DNA of 64,000 bases from Gammaproteobacteria bacterium (GTDB lineage: Bacteria; Pseudomonadota; Gammaproteobacteria; JBCCGL01), in NCBI GenBank assembly GCA_965277715.1, contig OZ255836.1:3200001-3264000 (forward strand), in the 5' to 3' direction. Below the pieces are notes generated by a model, which worked only from the letters and a program-made list of their open reading frames with translations, searched no databases and was not told the DNA's origin. A program made the position numbers and the translations under genes. Below are positions 63,369 to 64,000 of this stretch, in pieces; the first letter of the stretch is position 1, and every line of letters begins with the position of its first letter.

Positions 63369-63915
63369 TGAGATTAAGCAAAAATATTGGCACAGAGTGG
63401 AGCCACGAACAAGTGTAAAAAAAAAGCCAGCGAACTGCTGACAGAAATAAAAAACCGTTTTGAGTATGGCCCAAAATTGAAAGAGTGCGTCGAAATTGCA
63501 GAACGACTGATTAAAGAGTTAGCTTTAGTTGTTTATGGTGCTTGGTTTTATGCAAACCGTGGCCGAAGACGATCCCTATTTTATTAAAAAACTGTCCGCT
63601 ACCGGTATTGGCCTCGATGTTATGTGCGTCAAAATAGCCACCGTGCAAATACTGGGAAATAATCTTATTCACCAGCTTAATCTGGGGGAACTTCGGGTAT
63701 TACTCGGAAACACGCTCGGCAACCCTCAAGACCTTCAATGTTTTTTTCACGCTTCCATGCCAGATTTTATAGCTCTGCAAGCCAAACAAGCCGCAGATAG
63801 GGCAGCCGAAACTGTGATCACGCCTACCATAGAAGATTCCGGCACCACAGGCCGCGAGCAACTAGCACCCCGGGCAGATGAGGAAGTATTTGATAGTAGA
63901 GGGAAAAAAGGGTAG
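63369..63915 (+). pseudogene. Fragmented gene, weakly resembling small plasmid N-6 DNA methylase-like proteins
   Basis: Broken frames. The segment GIGLDVMCVKIATVQ...LGNTL resembles the D(I/L)D..C......Q...G(N/D)TL pattern. Weak. Confidence 0.3.
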
Positions 63916-64000
63916 TTGGATTTGTTTTGAGAAAAAAAACAGATTATTTTCTTGACTGTGATCACAACGTATATACAATCACAAATAATGTTAAGTTCAT

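Overview
Bacterial chromosomal window, most consistent with a marine gammaproteobacterium (inferred from secB-gpsA, ettA, engB-cytochrome c4-dsbA and the tRNA-Arg(CCG) sequence). The left 25 kb is an accessory block on the minus strand. It holds the end of an ISL3 element, then a translationally coupled cdiB-cdiA-cdiI-type two-partner secretion toxin locus, then a Fic/wHTH gene. The CdiA-like protein is about 6,957 aa. It has ~20 tandem 212-aa beta-helix units, a 10 x 34-aa linker array, a YP-like domain and FHA-2 with a coiled-coil insert. An HExxH...ExxAD metallopeptidase-like region sits where a VENN pre-toxin motif is expected, followed by a C-terminal R-S-E ADP-ribosyltransferase-like toxin. 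The middle of the window is mostly core metabolism: ettA, glcDEF, sthA, asparaginase, engB, cytochrome c4 with System II maturation, dsbA, a JmjC protein, a homocysteine methyltransferase, an MCP, tRNA-Arg, cytochrome c5, two prepilins, and a transhydrogenase/CoA ligase/acyl-CoA dehydrogenase cluster. This stretch also carries small inverted-repeat elements and a dispersed GGA-hairpin repeat. An AT-richer lasso-like module (B2 peptidase, HPr-kinase-like protein, nucleotidyltransferase) has no visible cyclase, RRE or precursor. The right end begins a decayed integrative element with a tRNA-Phe-like att core, a broken integrase, an AlpA remnant and an intact GNAT/DUF1778 toxin-antitoxin pair. 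All family calls come from motif recognition by eye; no database searches were run.
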